Part shown: piece after piece, positions 17,784 to 26,319 of the stretch
Position numbering within the stretch: the first letter of the stretch is position 1
Layout: each line of letters begins with the position of its first letter
Assembly (NCBI GenBank): GCA_964566225.1
Contig: CAZMHV010000002.1
Span: 231,489 to 295,488, forward strand
Length of the DNA stretch: 64,000 nucleotides
Source of the DNA: an uncultured Gammaproteobacteria bacterium
Lineage (GTDB): Bacteria; Patescibacteriota; Patescibacteriia; Magasanikbacterales; UBA922
Direction of reading: 5' to 3'
Notes under the pieces: generated by a model
Seen by the model: the letters and a program-made list of their open reading frames with translations, nothing else
Databases searched by the model: none
Told to the model about the DNA's origin: nothing
Program-made: the position numbers and the translations under genes

Positions 17784-19625
17784 ATGCGTAACAGCATCGT
17801 CACTTTGTTCGTTGCGGCGATCTTCGCGATCGCCACGTTCTTCAACCCGGCCGCGACCACGGCCATGACCCTGGAGGAGTTCGAGAAGCTCGATACGTCC
17901 ACCAAGGTCAAGGTGGGCGGAGAGTTCTGCGGGAGTGATCGCAATTGCACGGCCGAGGAGCTGGCGCCTGTCAAGCTCAGCTACGGCATGGGCGCACAGG
18001 TCAACGTCGACTTCAACGACCCGGCGCCGGCCAGCGCCCCTGCCACCACGCCCCCGACCGCGCCCGCGTCCCTCACGGACCACGGCGCGAGCGACCAGGA
18101 CGGTGACGACGTCGTCGACGAGGCCGACAACTGCCTCGAGGTGAAGAACTTTGGCCAGTTGGATCGGGACCATGACGGGTCGGGTGACCTGTGCGACAAC
18201 TGCCCCGACACCTCCAACGCCGACCAGCTCGATCGCGATCGTGATGGTTGGGGTGACCGGTGCGACAATTGTCCGGATCTCAACACCTCGGACAACGGTC
18301 TCGACTGCAACGCCAAGCACGTGGCCAAGCTGCCCAAGGCGCCGCCGGGGTCTGACCCCGATGGCGACGGAATCAGCGAAGGCGACGAGTGCTCGCAGGC
18401 GGCCGAGGACGAGGATGGTTTCCAGGATGACGACGGGTGCCCGGATCCGGACAACGACGGAGACGGCGTGCTCGACGTCAACGACCACTGCCCGATGACG
18501 ATCGGCGATGTCCCCAACAACGGGTGCCCGCCGGCCTCGCAGCAGCTGCTCGCCGCGGCACCGCCTCCGCCCGAGGACGTTCCTTCCGCCGTGGTGGAAG
18601 CTTCACCGCTTCCGCCTGCGCCGCCTACCGAGGCGCCGCGTGCTTCCATGGTTTCGGCCGAGGAAGGGCGAACCTTCTGGTTCGTTTCGGCGGACAATGA
18701 GCGGGTCCCTGAAGAAGACCGGCTTGCTGTCAAAGCCCGCGAAGCGGTGGGCATCTGCCCCCATGGCAACGTTGGGGTGATGGGCATCGCCAGCGGCGGC
18801 AAGGAAGACGACAAGCGGAACCCCAAGTTCGCTCTCAACCGGGAGAATGCCGGCGTCGAGGCCGTGAAAAATGCGGGAGGCAACGCCTTCCGTGTTGCCA
18901 TGACCTTGCAGGGTCTCGAGGGCAAGCGTGGGCGTGGCGTCTACCTGTTCTGTACGTCCTCTTCGGGCTTTGGCTCGGAGGGCGGCCAGTTCAACGCCGG
19001 TTCGGGTCGACCGGGGGATGGTGGCAACACCTCTCCGGTCGTCACCGACGACCACATCCGTGAGATTGCCAAGGCGGAGATTCCGAGTTGCTGGGACCTC
19101 AACCGGAACAAGATCAATGATCCGGATGAGGACACCAACAAGGATGGAAAGTTTGACGAGTTGGACTGCCGCCCCAAGCAGCAGGACACCTCGTCGGCGC
19201 CCTCGGGCTTCCACTTCGGTGTCGGCGCGTTCGGCATCCCGTCGTTCTACGATGGGGAGTCGGCCATCGGTGGCCTGTACTTGAGCCTGGGGTGGCGCAT
19301 CGCGGCGCTCAACGGGCCCATGGCACGCCTGTATGGCGGCGTGGGCGGCTCGGACTACAGCTACGGCGGTATGGCCGGGCTCACCGTGGCGTGGGACGTC
19401 ACCGACTGGCTCGATATCGGGCCGGGTCTCGGCGCCAACGCTTCGTGGTTGAACGACCTGTCGCTCACCCCGGAGTATCACTTCGGGCTGATCGGTCAGG
19501 TCGCTGTGCACTACGGACGCGCCCGCTTGGCCTTCGAGCCGGGCTTCGGCATCGAGGTCCAGAAGTACGAGGGCGACTCGTACTGGCGCTTCCGCGGCGC
19601 CGTGCTCGGAGGGGTCGAGTTCTAA
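17784..19625 (+). CDS. Secreted protein with thrombospondin type-3 calcium-binding repeats and C-terminal beta-barrel-like domain ending in Phe; GC-rich, foreign-looking
   Basis: Signal peptide MRNSIVTLFVAAIFAIATFFNPAATTA. TSP3 motifs DQDGDDVVDEADNC, DRDHDGSGDLCDNCPD, DRDRDGWGDRCDNCPD and DPDGDGISEGDEC. The C-terminal alternating-hydrophobic region ends ...GGVEF, an OMP-like C-terminal aromatic. Confidence 0.6.
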   Translation: MRNSIVTLFVAAIFAIATFFNPAATTAMTLEEFEKLDTSTKVKVGGEFCGSDRNCTAEELAPVKLSYGMGAQVNVDFNDPAPASAPATTPPTAPASLTDHGASDQDGDDVVDEADNCLEVKNFGQLDRDHDGSGDLCDNCPDTSNADQLDRDRDGWGDRCDNCPDLNTSDNGLDCNAKHVAKLPKAPPGSDPDGDGISEGDECSQAAEDEDGFQDDDGCPDPDNDGDGVLDVNDHCPMTIGDVPNNGCPPASQQLLAAAPPPPEDVPSAVVEASPLPPAPPTEAPRASMVSAEEGRTFWFVSADNERVPEEDRLAVKAREAVGICPHGNVGVMGIASGGKEDDKRNPKFALNRENAGVEAVKNAGGNAFRVAMTLQGLEGKRGRGVYLFCTSSSGFGSEGGQFNAGSGRPGDGGNTSPVVTDDHIREIAKAEIPSCWDLNRNKINDPDEDTNKDGKFDELDCRPKQQDTSSAPSGFHFGVGAFGIPSFYDGESAIGGLYLSLGWRIAALNGPMARLYGGVGGSDYSYGGMAGLTVAWDVTDWLDIGPGLGANASWLNDLSLTPEYHFGLIGQVAVHYGRARLAFEPGFGIEVQKYEGDSYWRFRGAVLGGVEF

Positions 19626-19827
19626 GCTTGGCAACAAGGCTGTGCCTACAGCCGGGGACTCTTGTGGTGGCGACCACAGGGGATAGGCATCGGCACTGAC
19701 CAGGATGGTCAGTGAAGGAGTGGAATCCATGATGGATTCCTGAGGGGGGAGTGAAGCTACGGCAACACTCCCCAATACCGATATTTCTATAAGTAGATGC
19801 TTGTAGGCATATGGGTGGATAAAAGGC

Positions 19828-19856
19828 TTGACAAAATGGCTAAAATATGGTATTAT
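19828..19856 (+). promoter_or_regulatory. Sigma70-like extended -10 promoter TTGACAA-N-TGG-TATTAT inside the GC island
   Basis: TTGACAaaatggctaaaatatggTATTATtgc, embedded in an AT-rich stretch of about 200 nt between two GC-rich ORFs. Confidence 0.4.
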
Positions 19857-19976
19857 TGCTCGTTAAATTTGAAAAAAGCTAGATTTTTGTGCCTAAAAAG
19901 AGGTATAGAAATGTGATTTTTTTTGGCTTGCACTTTACAAATTAAGCTATATAAAGCAAAAAAATACTTGAGTTGA

Positions 19977-20021
19977 GGTCAGGAAAAGAATTTTTAATGT
20001 TTGAAACTTCTTTTCCTGACC
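19977..20021 (+). promoter_or_regulatory. Perfect 14-bp inverted repeat (GGTCAGGAAAAGAA / TTCTTTTCCTGACC, 17-nt loop) in the leader
   Basis: Read directly from the sequence. About 120 nt downstream of the promoter at 19828. Confidence 0.5.
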
Positions 20022-20396
20022 TGATCCGTTTCCTTCTGCCCGCCCTTTGAGGGGTGCGACAGAGAGGGCGGGTGGACTCAGGTATGGGTCAGGTTTTCCT
20101 CTCGGAGCGTGGTACTGCTACCCACGTTCAAAACAGATGAAGAAGAATTCTTCGTTCGGCTTCTCAGATTGCCAGGGTTTTCCACTATCGTACTGTACGT
20201 ATTGTGGAAACCCCTCTGGGCAGTAAACACCTTCCCTTTTTGGGCAAGACATATGTCTTGGAAATTCAGGTGGATCTGAAAGACTGGCGAAAGAGCTTTG
20301 GAGTTTGTTTGAGGAAATAGATTCGATTTTTTGCGAAGTGTTTCAACAGAATTCTCGCGGAGCAGCGCGAGGATGTCACCACCAACGGAGCACGAG

Positions 20397-22397
20397 ATGA
20401 ACCGCAAGGTCTTCTCCCTCTTCCTCTCCGCGGCCATTGCGATGGCCTGCGGGAACGTCAACCCCCCCGAGGACGGCGCCGACGGAAAGGACGGCGCCAA
20501 GGGTGAACCCGGAGCCCCCGGCTCCATCGGTCCGGCCGGTTCCAACGGCACCAACGGCGGGCCTGGCGCGCCTGGCGCGCCCGGTTCCACCGGTTCCACC
20601 GGCGCCACCGGCGCCGACGGTCAGCCCGGTTTGAACGGTACCAACGGTACCGATGGTGCGCCCGGCCAGGACGGCCGCGACGCCACCTGCGAGCCCGATG
20701 GGAACGACACGAGCTGCCCCCAGGGCCGCGAGTGCAGTCCGGAAGGTCTCTGTGTCATCCCCGACGCCAACAACGGCGGCGCGGGTGGCAGCGGCGGCCA
20801 GGGTGGCAGCGGTGGCGAGATCGTCGGCGGCAGTGGCGGCTTCGGGGGCAACCTCGAGCCCGACCAGGGCCTCACCGGCGGTCAGGGCGGTTTCGGCGGC
20901 GAGATCGTCGGCGGCAACGGCGGGAGCGGCGGCAACGTCACCCCCGATCCGGACGCCGGCCTCCCCCCGGAGTGCCGCGTGAACGGCGACTGCGCCCCCG
21001 GCCAGCAGTGCGTGGCCGGCACCTGCCAGGAGATCGGCAATCCCGACGCCTGCCAGAACAACGCCGACTGCGCGGACGACGAGGTGTGCACCAACGGTCG
21101 GTGCCTCAACGTCACGTGCACGCCCATCAGCGTGTGCGACGACGCCCAGGTGCGGGGGCACGAGTGCCTCCACGCCATCGACCCTACCTGCTGCACCGGC
21201 CCGCGTGACGACGCGCCCTGCCGTATCGCCTGCAACGCGGACCGCGATTGCGGCGCGGATGGTCAGTGCCGGCTCGTTCAGGTGAACAACCAGCAGTTCC
21301 GCTGGTGTTTGCCGCTCCACGCTCCGCACGACAGCCTTCCCGGCTGCGCCACGGTCCCTCCGCCCGCGGGGGAGCCCAGCTCGTGCACGATCTGCCGCGA
21401 CCAGGACCATGACGGTTTCTGCGTTGTCGGTGAGGTCTGCGACCGCTGGGACACCGACGGCGATGCCGTGGTGGACGAGATGTGCGTGGAGTGCTTGAAC
21501 AACGGGGACTGCGCGGTCGGTGAGGTGTGCAACAACGGCACCTGCCAGGCGCCCGCTCCCGTGGACGCGGACGGTGACGGTTTCGCCGAAGGCGTGGACT
21601 GCAACGATCATGACGCCCTGGTTCATCTCGGCGCGGCGGAGCGGTGCAACAACACCGACGACGACTGCGACGGCACCGTGGACGAGGGTTTCACCATCGG
21701 GCAGGCCTGCTCGGTCGGCGTGGGCGCGTGCCTTCGTCAGGGCGTCTTCGCCTGCACCGGCGTCAACGCCAGCATGTGCAACGCGGCCATCATCCAGCCG
21801 TCCGTCGAAGTCTGCGACAACGTGGACAACGACTGCGACGGTCAGACCGACGAGGGCGGCGTGTGCGTGGTGGACGCGGACGGTGACGGTTTCGCCGAAG
21901 GCGAGGACTGCAACGATCACAATCCCGACGTTCACCCCGGCGCGCCGGAGCTCTGCGACCAGGACGACAACGACTGCGACGGCTTCGTCAACGAGGGACA
22001 GGTCTGTGTCCAGGGTCAGTTCGTGGCCAGCTGCCGCGTCCCCCTGGAGAACCCCTTCTTCCTCCCCAGCGACCGCTGCGAGATCCACGTCTTCTACGGC
22101 GTCTTCGATGCCAACGGCGCGCAGATCGGTCGCGACGGGTTCACCCGCGATTCCTCCAGCATCAACATCCCGGCGCAGGACCTGTGCGGGAGCTGGTGGA
22201 GTAGCGGCGTGGAGCTGCAGGTTCGCGTCTTCGGGCGCGCCGACCTCCACGAGGGTGTCTGGGTGGGCGGACAGTACGCCTCGCTCCGCGACCCCGAAGG
22301 GAATCCGGTCTTCACCGAGGAGATCTCCCACCCGTGGACCGACCCCAACAACTACGCCACGGGTCCCACCTCGGGCATCGACTTCTGCGCGCAGTGA
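20397..22397 (+). CDS. Lipoprotein with collagen-like Gly-X-Y tract, Gly-rich tandem repeat, Myxococcus-type Cys-rich repeats and three MopE-like putative metal-binding motifs; GC-rich, foreign-looking
   Basis: Lipoprotein signal MNRKVFSLFLSAAIAMAC-G. About 25 G-X-Y triplets (GKDGAKGEPGAPGSIGPAGSNGTNGGPGAPGAP...). A duplicated unit of about 27 aa (GGQGGSGGEIVGGSGGFGGNLEPD). Cys-rich repeats of the CRVNGDCAPGQQCVAGTC type. Three copies of DxDGDGFAEGxDCNDHxxxVHPGAxExCDxxDNDCDG. The ORF track starts at 20331. Confidence 0.65.
   Translation: MNRKVFSLFLSAAIAMACGNVNPPEDGADGKDGAKGEPGAPGSIGPAGSNGTNGGPGAPGAPGSTGSTGATGADGQPGLNGTNGTDGAPGQDGRDATCEPDGNDTSCPQGRECSPEGLCVIPDANNGGAGGSGGQGGSGGEIVGGSGGFGGNLEPDQGLTGGQGGFGGEIVGGNGGSGGNVTPDPDAGLPPECRVNGDCAPGQQCVAGTCQEIGNPDACQNNADCADDEVCTNGRCLNVTCTPISVCDDAQVRGHECLHAIDPTCCTGPRDDAPCRIACNADRDCGADGQCRLVQVNNQQFRWCLPLHAPHDSLPGCATVPPPAGEPSSCTICRDQDHDGFCVVGEVCDRWDTDGDAVVDEMCVECLNNGDCAVGEVCNNGTCQAPAPVDADGDGFAEGVDCNDHDALVHLGAAERCNNTDDDCDGTVDEGFTIGQACSVGVGACLRQGVFACTGVNASMCNAAIIQPSVEVCDNVDNDCDGQTDEGGVCVVDADGDGFAEGEDCNDHNPDVHPGAPELCDQDDNDCDGFVNEGQVCVQGQFVASCRVPLENPFFLPSDRCEIHVFYGVFDANGAQIGRDGFTRDSSSINIPAQDLCGSWWSSGVELQVRVFGRADLHEGVWVGGQYASLRDPEGNPVFTEEISHPWTDPNNYATGPTSGIDFCAQ
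20480..20700 (+). repeat. Collagen-like (GGN NNN NNN)n coding repeat
   Basis: Direct reading of the sequence: ggcgccaagggtgaacccggagcccccggctccatcggtccggccggttcc... inside CDS 20397..22397. Confidence 0.6.
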
Positions 22398-22628
22398 GCC
22401 GCACCCTCCCCGAATCGTTCGGGGTGAGCTTTCTTCTTCACATCTGGTGAAGGAAGCAAAAAGAGCAATCAAATCCAGATCCCCATGTAGTCAGGGGCAA
22501 GATGACTAGTACGGCTCGGCGCGATTCGCGTCCTGCTGGCAACGACGCTCGGGCTCGCCGGTGATTCAGTTCATCAGCGAGACCCGGGCACGTGCATGTG
22601 ATAAGAAGTACTTCTTGTTAGATGAACC

Positions 22629-22662
22629 CAAAAAAGCACTGTATCAAAGCAGTGTTTTTTTG
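22629..22662. terminator. Intrinsic terminator (AT-rich, host-like)
   Basis: AAAAAAGCACTG-tatcaaag-CAGTGTTTTTTT, with an A-tract upstream and a T-tract downstream. Follows the 20397..22397 CDS. Confidence 0.5.
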
Positions 22663-22700
22663 TATTCAAAAATTTTGTGAGTTATAAACATGTGCTTGCA

Positions 22701-22729
22701 TTGACAAGCATTTGTTTTTCTGATAGTGT
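22701..22729 (+). promoter_or_regulatory. Sigma70-like promoter TTGACA-17-TAGTGT
   Basis: TTGACAagcatttgtttttctgaTAGTGT. A 10-bp palindrome TGAACGTTCA overlaps and follows the -10. Confidence 0.3.
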
Positions 22730-22836
22730 TGAACGTTCACCTGCAAAAGGGTGATCGAGTTTTTTGTATTACAACGCCCGACACATGGTCGTGGCCCCAA
22801 AAGTCTCCAGGGAGGCCTGGAGCAGTATGGTATTTC

Positions 22837-23532
22837 ATGAACCGTTTTTCTCTCATGCTGTCCTGCTTCGTGGCGTTCCTCTTCACCGGCTGCCTCGGCG
22901 AGTCCACCCTGCGCGGGGCCACCTGGCCCGATGATGCGGAGGTGGTCGATGCGTCCACGATGGACGCTTCCACCTTCGAGGTGGGGGTGCTGGACGCGGC
23001 CATCGTGTTGGACGTGCCCGACGGTTCGATCAACTGCGACCTGGGTGGCGAATGCCCCCAGGGGCAGGTGTGCCGTGAGTCGGTCTGCGTGCCCGAACCG
23101 GATGCCGCCGTGCTGGGGCATGACTGCCTGCGCAGTGACCAGTGCACCGCAGCCGAGCACTGCTTCTACGGCAATTGCATTCCGGGAGTGCTCCGGGTCA
23201 AGCCCGGGCACTTCATCATCGGGGTGGTGTCCGAAGAGGTGGACGCCTACGGGCTCCCCCTGGGGACCGAGGTGAACTATGGCGAGGAGCTGCACTTCAT
23301 GCAGAGCCACGCCATCAAGTTCCGGGTCATGAAGCCCGACGGCACCTACCTGGTGGCCTCGGCCTATCCCGATGACCAGGGCCGCAACTGCGGACAGGAG
23401 GGGGCAATCAATATGTTGCCCATCGATCGATTCGTATTCTTGGGACATCGAGTGCCCGAGAATTTCAACATCAACTTGGAGTGTCTGGGGCTTGGTCCTC
23501 CGAGCGCCATGTACTGGACGCTGCATCAGTAG
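22837..23532 (+). CDS. Small Cys-rich lipoprotein; GC-rich, foreign-looking
   Basis: Lipoprotein signal MNRFSLMLSCFVAFLFTGC. Cys-rich repeats CDLGGECPQGQVCRESVC and CLRSDQCTAAEHCFYGNC. The ORF track starts at 22726. Confidence 0.55.
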   Translation: MNRFSLMLSCFVAFLFTGCLGESTLRGATWPDDAEVVDASTMDASTFEVGVLDAAIVLDVPDGSINCDLGGECPQGQVCRESVCVPEPDAAVLGHDCLRSDQCTAAEHCFYGNCIPGVLRVKPGHFIIGVVSEEVDAYGLPLGTEVNYGEELHFMQSHAIKFRVMKPDGTYLVASAYPDDQGRNCGQEGAINMLPIDRFVFLGHRVPENFNINLECLGLGPPSAMYWTLHQ

Positions 23533-23610
23533 TAGCGTCAAACCCGAGGTGGCTTCCGGGTACAGAAGCCACACCAAGGAGTTTCTCCGAGTCGCACTGC
23601 GGCCCGGAGA

Positions 23611-23650
23611 ACAGAGAAAAAAACAAAATATATTTTATTTTTTTCTCTGT
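23611..23650. terminator. AT-rich hairpin terminator (ACAGAGA7...T7CTCTGT)
   Basis: acagagaaaaaaa-caaaatatatttta-tttttttctctgt. Follows the 22837..23532 CDS. Confidence 0.45.
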
Positions 23651-23704
23651 CTGTAAAATGTGAAAAAATTTGCTTCTATGGCTTAATTTTTCCACATTTA
23701 CAAT

Positions 23705-23733
23705 TTGACAGGAATATTTTTTCGTGCTATTAT
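23705..23733 (+). promoter_or_regulatory. Sigma70-like promoter TTGACA-17-(TGC)TATTAT
   Basis: TTGACAggaatattttttcgtgcTATTATtgc. It shares TATTATTGC with the promoter at 19828. Confidence 0.4.
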
Positions 23734-23794
23734 TGCACATCCCATTTTTTTTGGGACATGTTTCAATATTCAAGTTCGTTACAACTGGATTTCT

Positions 23795-23852
23795 CTGCAC
23801 CAAAAATATTTTTTTTCATACTAACATTGAAAAAGAAATATTTTTGGTGCAG
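23795..23852 (+). promoter_or_regulatory. Perfect 17-bp inverted repeat (CTGCACCAAAAATATTT / AAATATTTTTGGTGCAG, 24-nt loop) in the leader
   Basis: Read directly from the sequence. About 60 nt downstream of the promoter at 23705 and about 265 nt upstream of the ATG at 24119. Confidence 0.5.
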
Positions 23853-24118
23853 GTGAAATCCTGTCACACTCAAGTGGGACTGTGTCCCGAATCGCTGCCA
23901 GTGGACTCGCGAGGAACCCTGGTGGCATACCTGCTCGAACCGGTCAACACGAGTAGTGTGTATCATTTTTTGAAGGCAATGGTGCCTTCTGTATTCACGC
24001 ACTCACATCCCACAGAAAGGGGGAGTGAAATGGTGCAAGAGTACAAAAGAAAAATGAGAAACATTGCTTGGTGGAGACTGGCAAGGGCTCAACGTCATGA
24101 CGTGGAGAAATCCTACCG

Positions 24119-26122
24119 ATGCGAAGCATCATTCTCACGAAGGCCCTGGGCATTGCGATGCTCATGGGCACCCTTCTTCCCGCGTGCGGGGAGAAGATCG
24201 ACGGCGCCGACAACGGCGGCAACAACCAGGGCGATCAGCGCGGCCGCGGCCTCTTGGCCGACTGCAACGAGGGCGACCCCAACGTCGGTCCGTGCATGGT
24301 CGGGCTGGAATGCCAGTTCGGCGTCTGCCTCGAGCCCGGCGCCGGCTGCGCGGTGAGCACGGACTGCGTCAACGCGCAGGACATGTGCAATCCGCAGAAC
24401 CATCAGTGCCAGCCCTCGGGCTGCGAGGACCAGAACGGCGCGCTGGGCTGGTGCGACCAGCTCACGAACGACCAGGACCTCAACCAGTGCGTGTCCCTCA
24501 ACGAGCAGCCCGCCGGTACCCTCGGCTGTTGCGACGAGAACGCGGACTGCGCGCTCGGCGTCTGCAACATGGACACCCACGAGTGCGCCGGCTGCCTGGG
24601 CGACGTGGACTGCGCCGCGGACATGCGGTGCGACATGGTCAACATGGTCTGCCGGCCCGAGCCGTGCGACCAGCAGCCCGACTGGTGTCTGCAGCCCGTG
24701 CGCGACGAGGTCACGCACGCCTGCAGCCAGGTGCAGATCCCCAACTGCTGCAACGCCGGCGACGACGCGGCCTGTCAGATGCCGTGCAACGACGACGCGG
24801 ACTGCGCCGAGGGCATGCACTGCCCGATCCGCCCCGACGGCCACTTCTACTGCGTGCCCAACGGCTCGGAGCAGATCCGCGGCTGCCAGGTCAACGCCGT
24901 CGAGGGCCAGCCCAACCAGTGCGCCTGGGGCGACGATCCCGACAATGACGGCTCGTGTCAGCCGAACGAGGTCTGCGGCGACGGCGCGGACAACAACTGC
25001 AACGCCTTGACCGACGAGAACTGCCCCCAGCAGTGCGCGCCGGCCATGGAGGTCTGCAACGGCATCGATGACGACTGCGACGGCAACGTCGACAACGTCT
25101 TCGGCTTGAACGATCCCATCACCATGGGCTGCGGCACGGACGAGGGCGAGTGCGTCATGGGCGTCAGCACCTGCATGAACGCCCAGTGGGGCGCCTGCAA
25201 CGGTGAGGTCACTCCGGTGGCCGAGGCCTGTGACGGCATGGACAACGACTGCGACGGCATGACCGACGAGGACGCCATGAACGCCAACCCCCTCACCATG
25301 GCCTGCTACAGCGGGCCCGAGGGCACCGAGGGCGTCGGCCTCTGCCAGGGCGGTTGGAGCTCCTGCATGATGGCCCAGTGGGGGCCGTGCATGGGCGAGG
25401 TCGTCCCCGCGGACGACACCTGCGACGGCGCGGACAACAACTGCAACGGCGCGACGGACGAGGGCTTCGGCCTGGGTCAGGTCTGTTCGCTCGGTCTCGG
25501 CGACTGCATGGCCATGGGCGTCACGGTCTGTGACGGCCCGAACGCCACCATGTGCAACGCCGTCCCGGGTCAGCCGGGCGTCGAGGTCTGCGACGCGGGC
25601 CACCTCCACGACGAGGACTGCGACGGGCAGACCGACCCCCTGGCGCTCTGCGACTCGGACAACGACACGGTCCGCATGCCCGAGGACAACTGCCCCAACT
25701 GGCCGAACCCCGGCCAGGAGAACGGCAACGACTCGCGGGCCGACCGTGGTGACGCCTGCTTCGCGGACATCGTGATCGACGCCAACACCGACCCGGACAA
25801 CGTGCGCGTGCACCTGTTCTACTCCGGCGCGCCGGCGAACATCGGCGACACGGACGGTGGTCCCATCGGCCGCGGGCACTACTCGCTCACCGAAGAGGAG
25901 GCTTGCACCTTCGACCACGTCGAGTTCAGCCTCGAGCGCGGTGAGAGCGGCGAGTACCTGGGCTGCAATCAGAATCAGCCCGCCTTCGCCGCGGACACGT
26001 GGATCAACGGGGTCTTGACCCCGTTCGCCATGATCGTCCACCCGTGGGTGTGCGGTGGCCAGGGCCTCGGCAACGGCTACTTCACGGACGACCAGCTCGG
26101 CTGCTTCCCGCAGCCCAACTGA
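24119..26122 (+). CDS. Large lipoprotein with Myxococcus-type Cys-rich repeats, MopE-like metal-binding motifs and one TSP3-like motif; GC-rich, foreign-looking
   Basis: Lipoprotein signal MRSIILTKALGIAMLMGTLLPAC. Cys-rich repeat modules of the C..G.C....C type. Motifs CDGMDNDCDGMTDED, CDGADNNCNGATDEG and CDAGHLHDEDCDGQTD. TSP3-like DSDNDTVRMPEDNCPNWPNPGQENGNDSRADRGDAC. SD GGAGAAA 8 nt upstream of the ATG. Confidence 0.65.
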   Translation: MRSIILTKALGIAMLMGTLLPACGEKIDGADNGGNNQGDQRGRGLLADCNEGDPNVGPCMVGLECQFGVCLEPGAGCAVSTDCVNAQDMCNPQNHQCQPSGCEDQNGALGWCDQLTNDQDLNQCVSLNEQPAGTLGCCDENADCALGVCNMDTHECAGCLGDVDCAADMRCDMVNMVCRPEPCDQQPDWCLQPVRDEVTHACSQVQIPNCCNAGDDAACQMPCNDDADCAEGMHCPIRPDGHFYCVPNGSEQIRGCQVNAVEGQPNQCAWGDDPDNDGSCQPNEVCGDGADNNCNALTDENCPQQCAPAMEVCNGIDDDCDGNVDNVFGLNDPITMGCGTDEGECVMGVSTCMNAQWGACNGEVTPVAEACDGMDNDCDGMTDEDAMNANPLTMACYSGPEGTEGVGLCQGGWSSCMMAQWGPCMGEVVPADDTCDGADNNCNGATDEGFGLGQVCSLGLGDCMAMGVTVCDGPNATMCNAVPGQPGVEVCDAGHLHDEDCDGQTDPLALCDSDNDTVRMPEDNCPNWPNPGQENGNDSRADRGDACFADIVIDANTDPDNVRVHLFYSGAPANIGDTDGGPIGRGHYSLTEEEACTFDHVEFSLERGESGEYLGCNQNQPAFAADTWINGVLTPFAMIVHPWVCGGQGLGNGYFTDDQLGCFPQPN

Positions 26123-26282
26123 GGATTCACCACCCTCAACCAGTGAGAAGTTCCTGGATCTGAACTTCTGGTGAATGTCACGACCAGCGACTGTGACAAA
26201 GGAGGAACCCCGGGGGAGTGCAACAGCACACCCCCGGTCAGTTCGTTTGATTCTCTTTCTCAAAAGGGAACAAAACGATAAC

Positions 26283-26319
26283 AAAAAAGCCTTTGATTTT
26301 TTCAGAGGCTTTTTTGTTT
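26283..26319. terminator. Bidirectional intrinsic terminator at the right GC/AT boundary
   Basis: AAAAAAGCCTttgattttttcagAGGCTTTTTTGTTT. Serves the minus-strand gene ending at 26336 and the plus-strand island gene ending at 26122. Confidence 0.55.

Noticed and set aside
23724-24356. 210-aa ORF spanning the leader and 5' part of island gene 5
   Set aside because: It starts in the AT-rich promoter/hairpin region and reads out of frame through the downstream CDS. There is no RBS, and the translation is Arg/Pro-rich.
16679-26284. Very long minus-strand and alternative-frame ORFs inside the GC-rich island (for example 16679..17974-, 17652..18488-, 17981..18925-, 18603..19775-, 20376..22472-, 24113..26284-, 21520..22509+)
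   Set aside because: High GC depletes stop codons, so all six frames stay open. These translations are Arg/Ala/Gly/Pro-rich low-complexity strings without signal peptides or motifs. The plus-strand frames chosen have SD sequences, signal or lipoprotein peptides and recognisable domain repeats.
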